From Octopus bimaculoides (Eukaryota): 33,574 nucleotides of DNA. Numbering within the stretch: the stretch's first letter is position 1; each line of letters starts with the position of its first letter. Below are positions 33,405 through 33,574 of the stretch, in pieces. The notes beneath the pieces were generated by a model. That model had not been told where the DNA came from and made no database searches. It saw only the letters and a program-made list of their open reading frames with translations. Location: positions 37,880,521 through 37,914,094 of the forward strand of contig NC_068998.1 of NCBI RefSeq assembly GCF_001194135.2, in the 5' to 3' direction. Made by a program: the position numbers and the translations under genes.

Positions 33405-33574
33405 GGTGGTGGTGGTGGCGTGATGTTGATGTGGGTTTTGTTTACAGTTGATGTTTAAGATATTTTTTTATACAACTGTTTACTTCTGTAAAGATATCAA
33501 TAGCGTTTATTGTTGTTGTTTTGATAATGGTAGTGGTGCTTCTGCTGGTGGTGTTGGTGGTGGTGATGCTGGAG
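33120..33574. repeat. Degenerate trinucleotide block (GTT/GCT/GAT/GTA/GGT)n
   Basis: Directly visible, including pure (GAT)n and (GTA)n runs. Confidence 0.85.

Overview
This is repeat-saturated, AT-rich eukaryotic DNA from a gappy draft assembly, with many N runs flanked by microsatellites. The SINE families and microsatellite density look like an octopus/cephalopod genome, but that is inference from recalled repeat families, not a database result. I can support no host protein-coding gene, rRNA, true tRNA or CRISPR array, and the supplied ORFs are simple-repeat, gap-spanning or transposon-remnant frames. The window does hold about 15 copies of three tRNA-derived SINE families and decayed retroelement fragments (RTE, Tx1/L1-like, HERO-like, Penelope-like). 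It also has a dead mariner transposase, an inverted-repeat element nested inside an RTE, a degenerate interstitial telomeric array and many simple repeats. The most interesting signal is a set of minimal type I hammerhead ribozyme (HHR) motifs on the minus strand (4989-5035, 23352-23387, half-motif 24670-24681). They sit in short non-coding elements, one with a Pol III B-box head, and co-occur with Penelope ORF remnants. This suggests non-autonomous, ribozyme-bearing retroelements (retrozyme/SINE hybrids). Every copy visible here is mutated or truncated in the catalytic core. All protein similarities were judged by eye against remembered family motifs and need confirmation by search.
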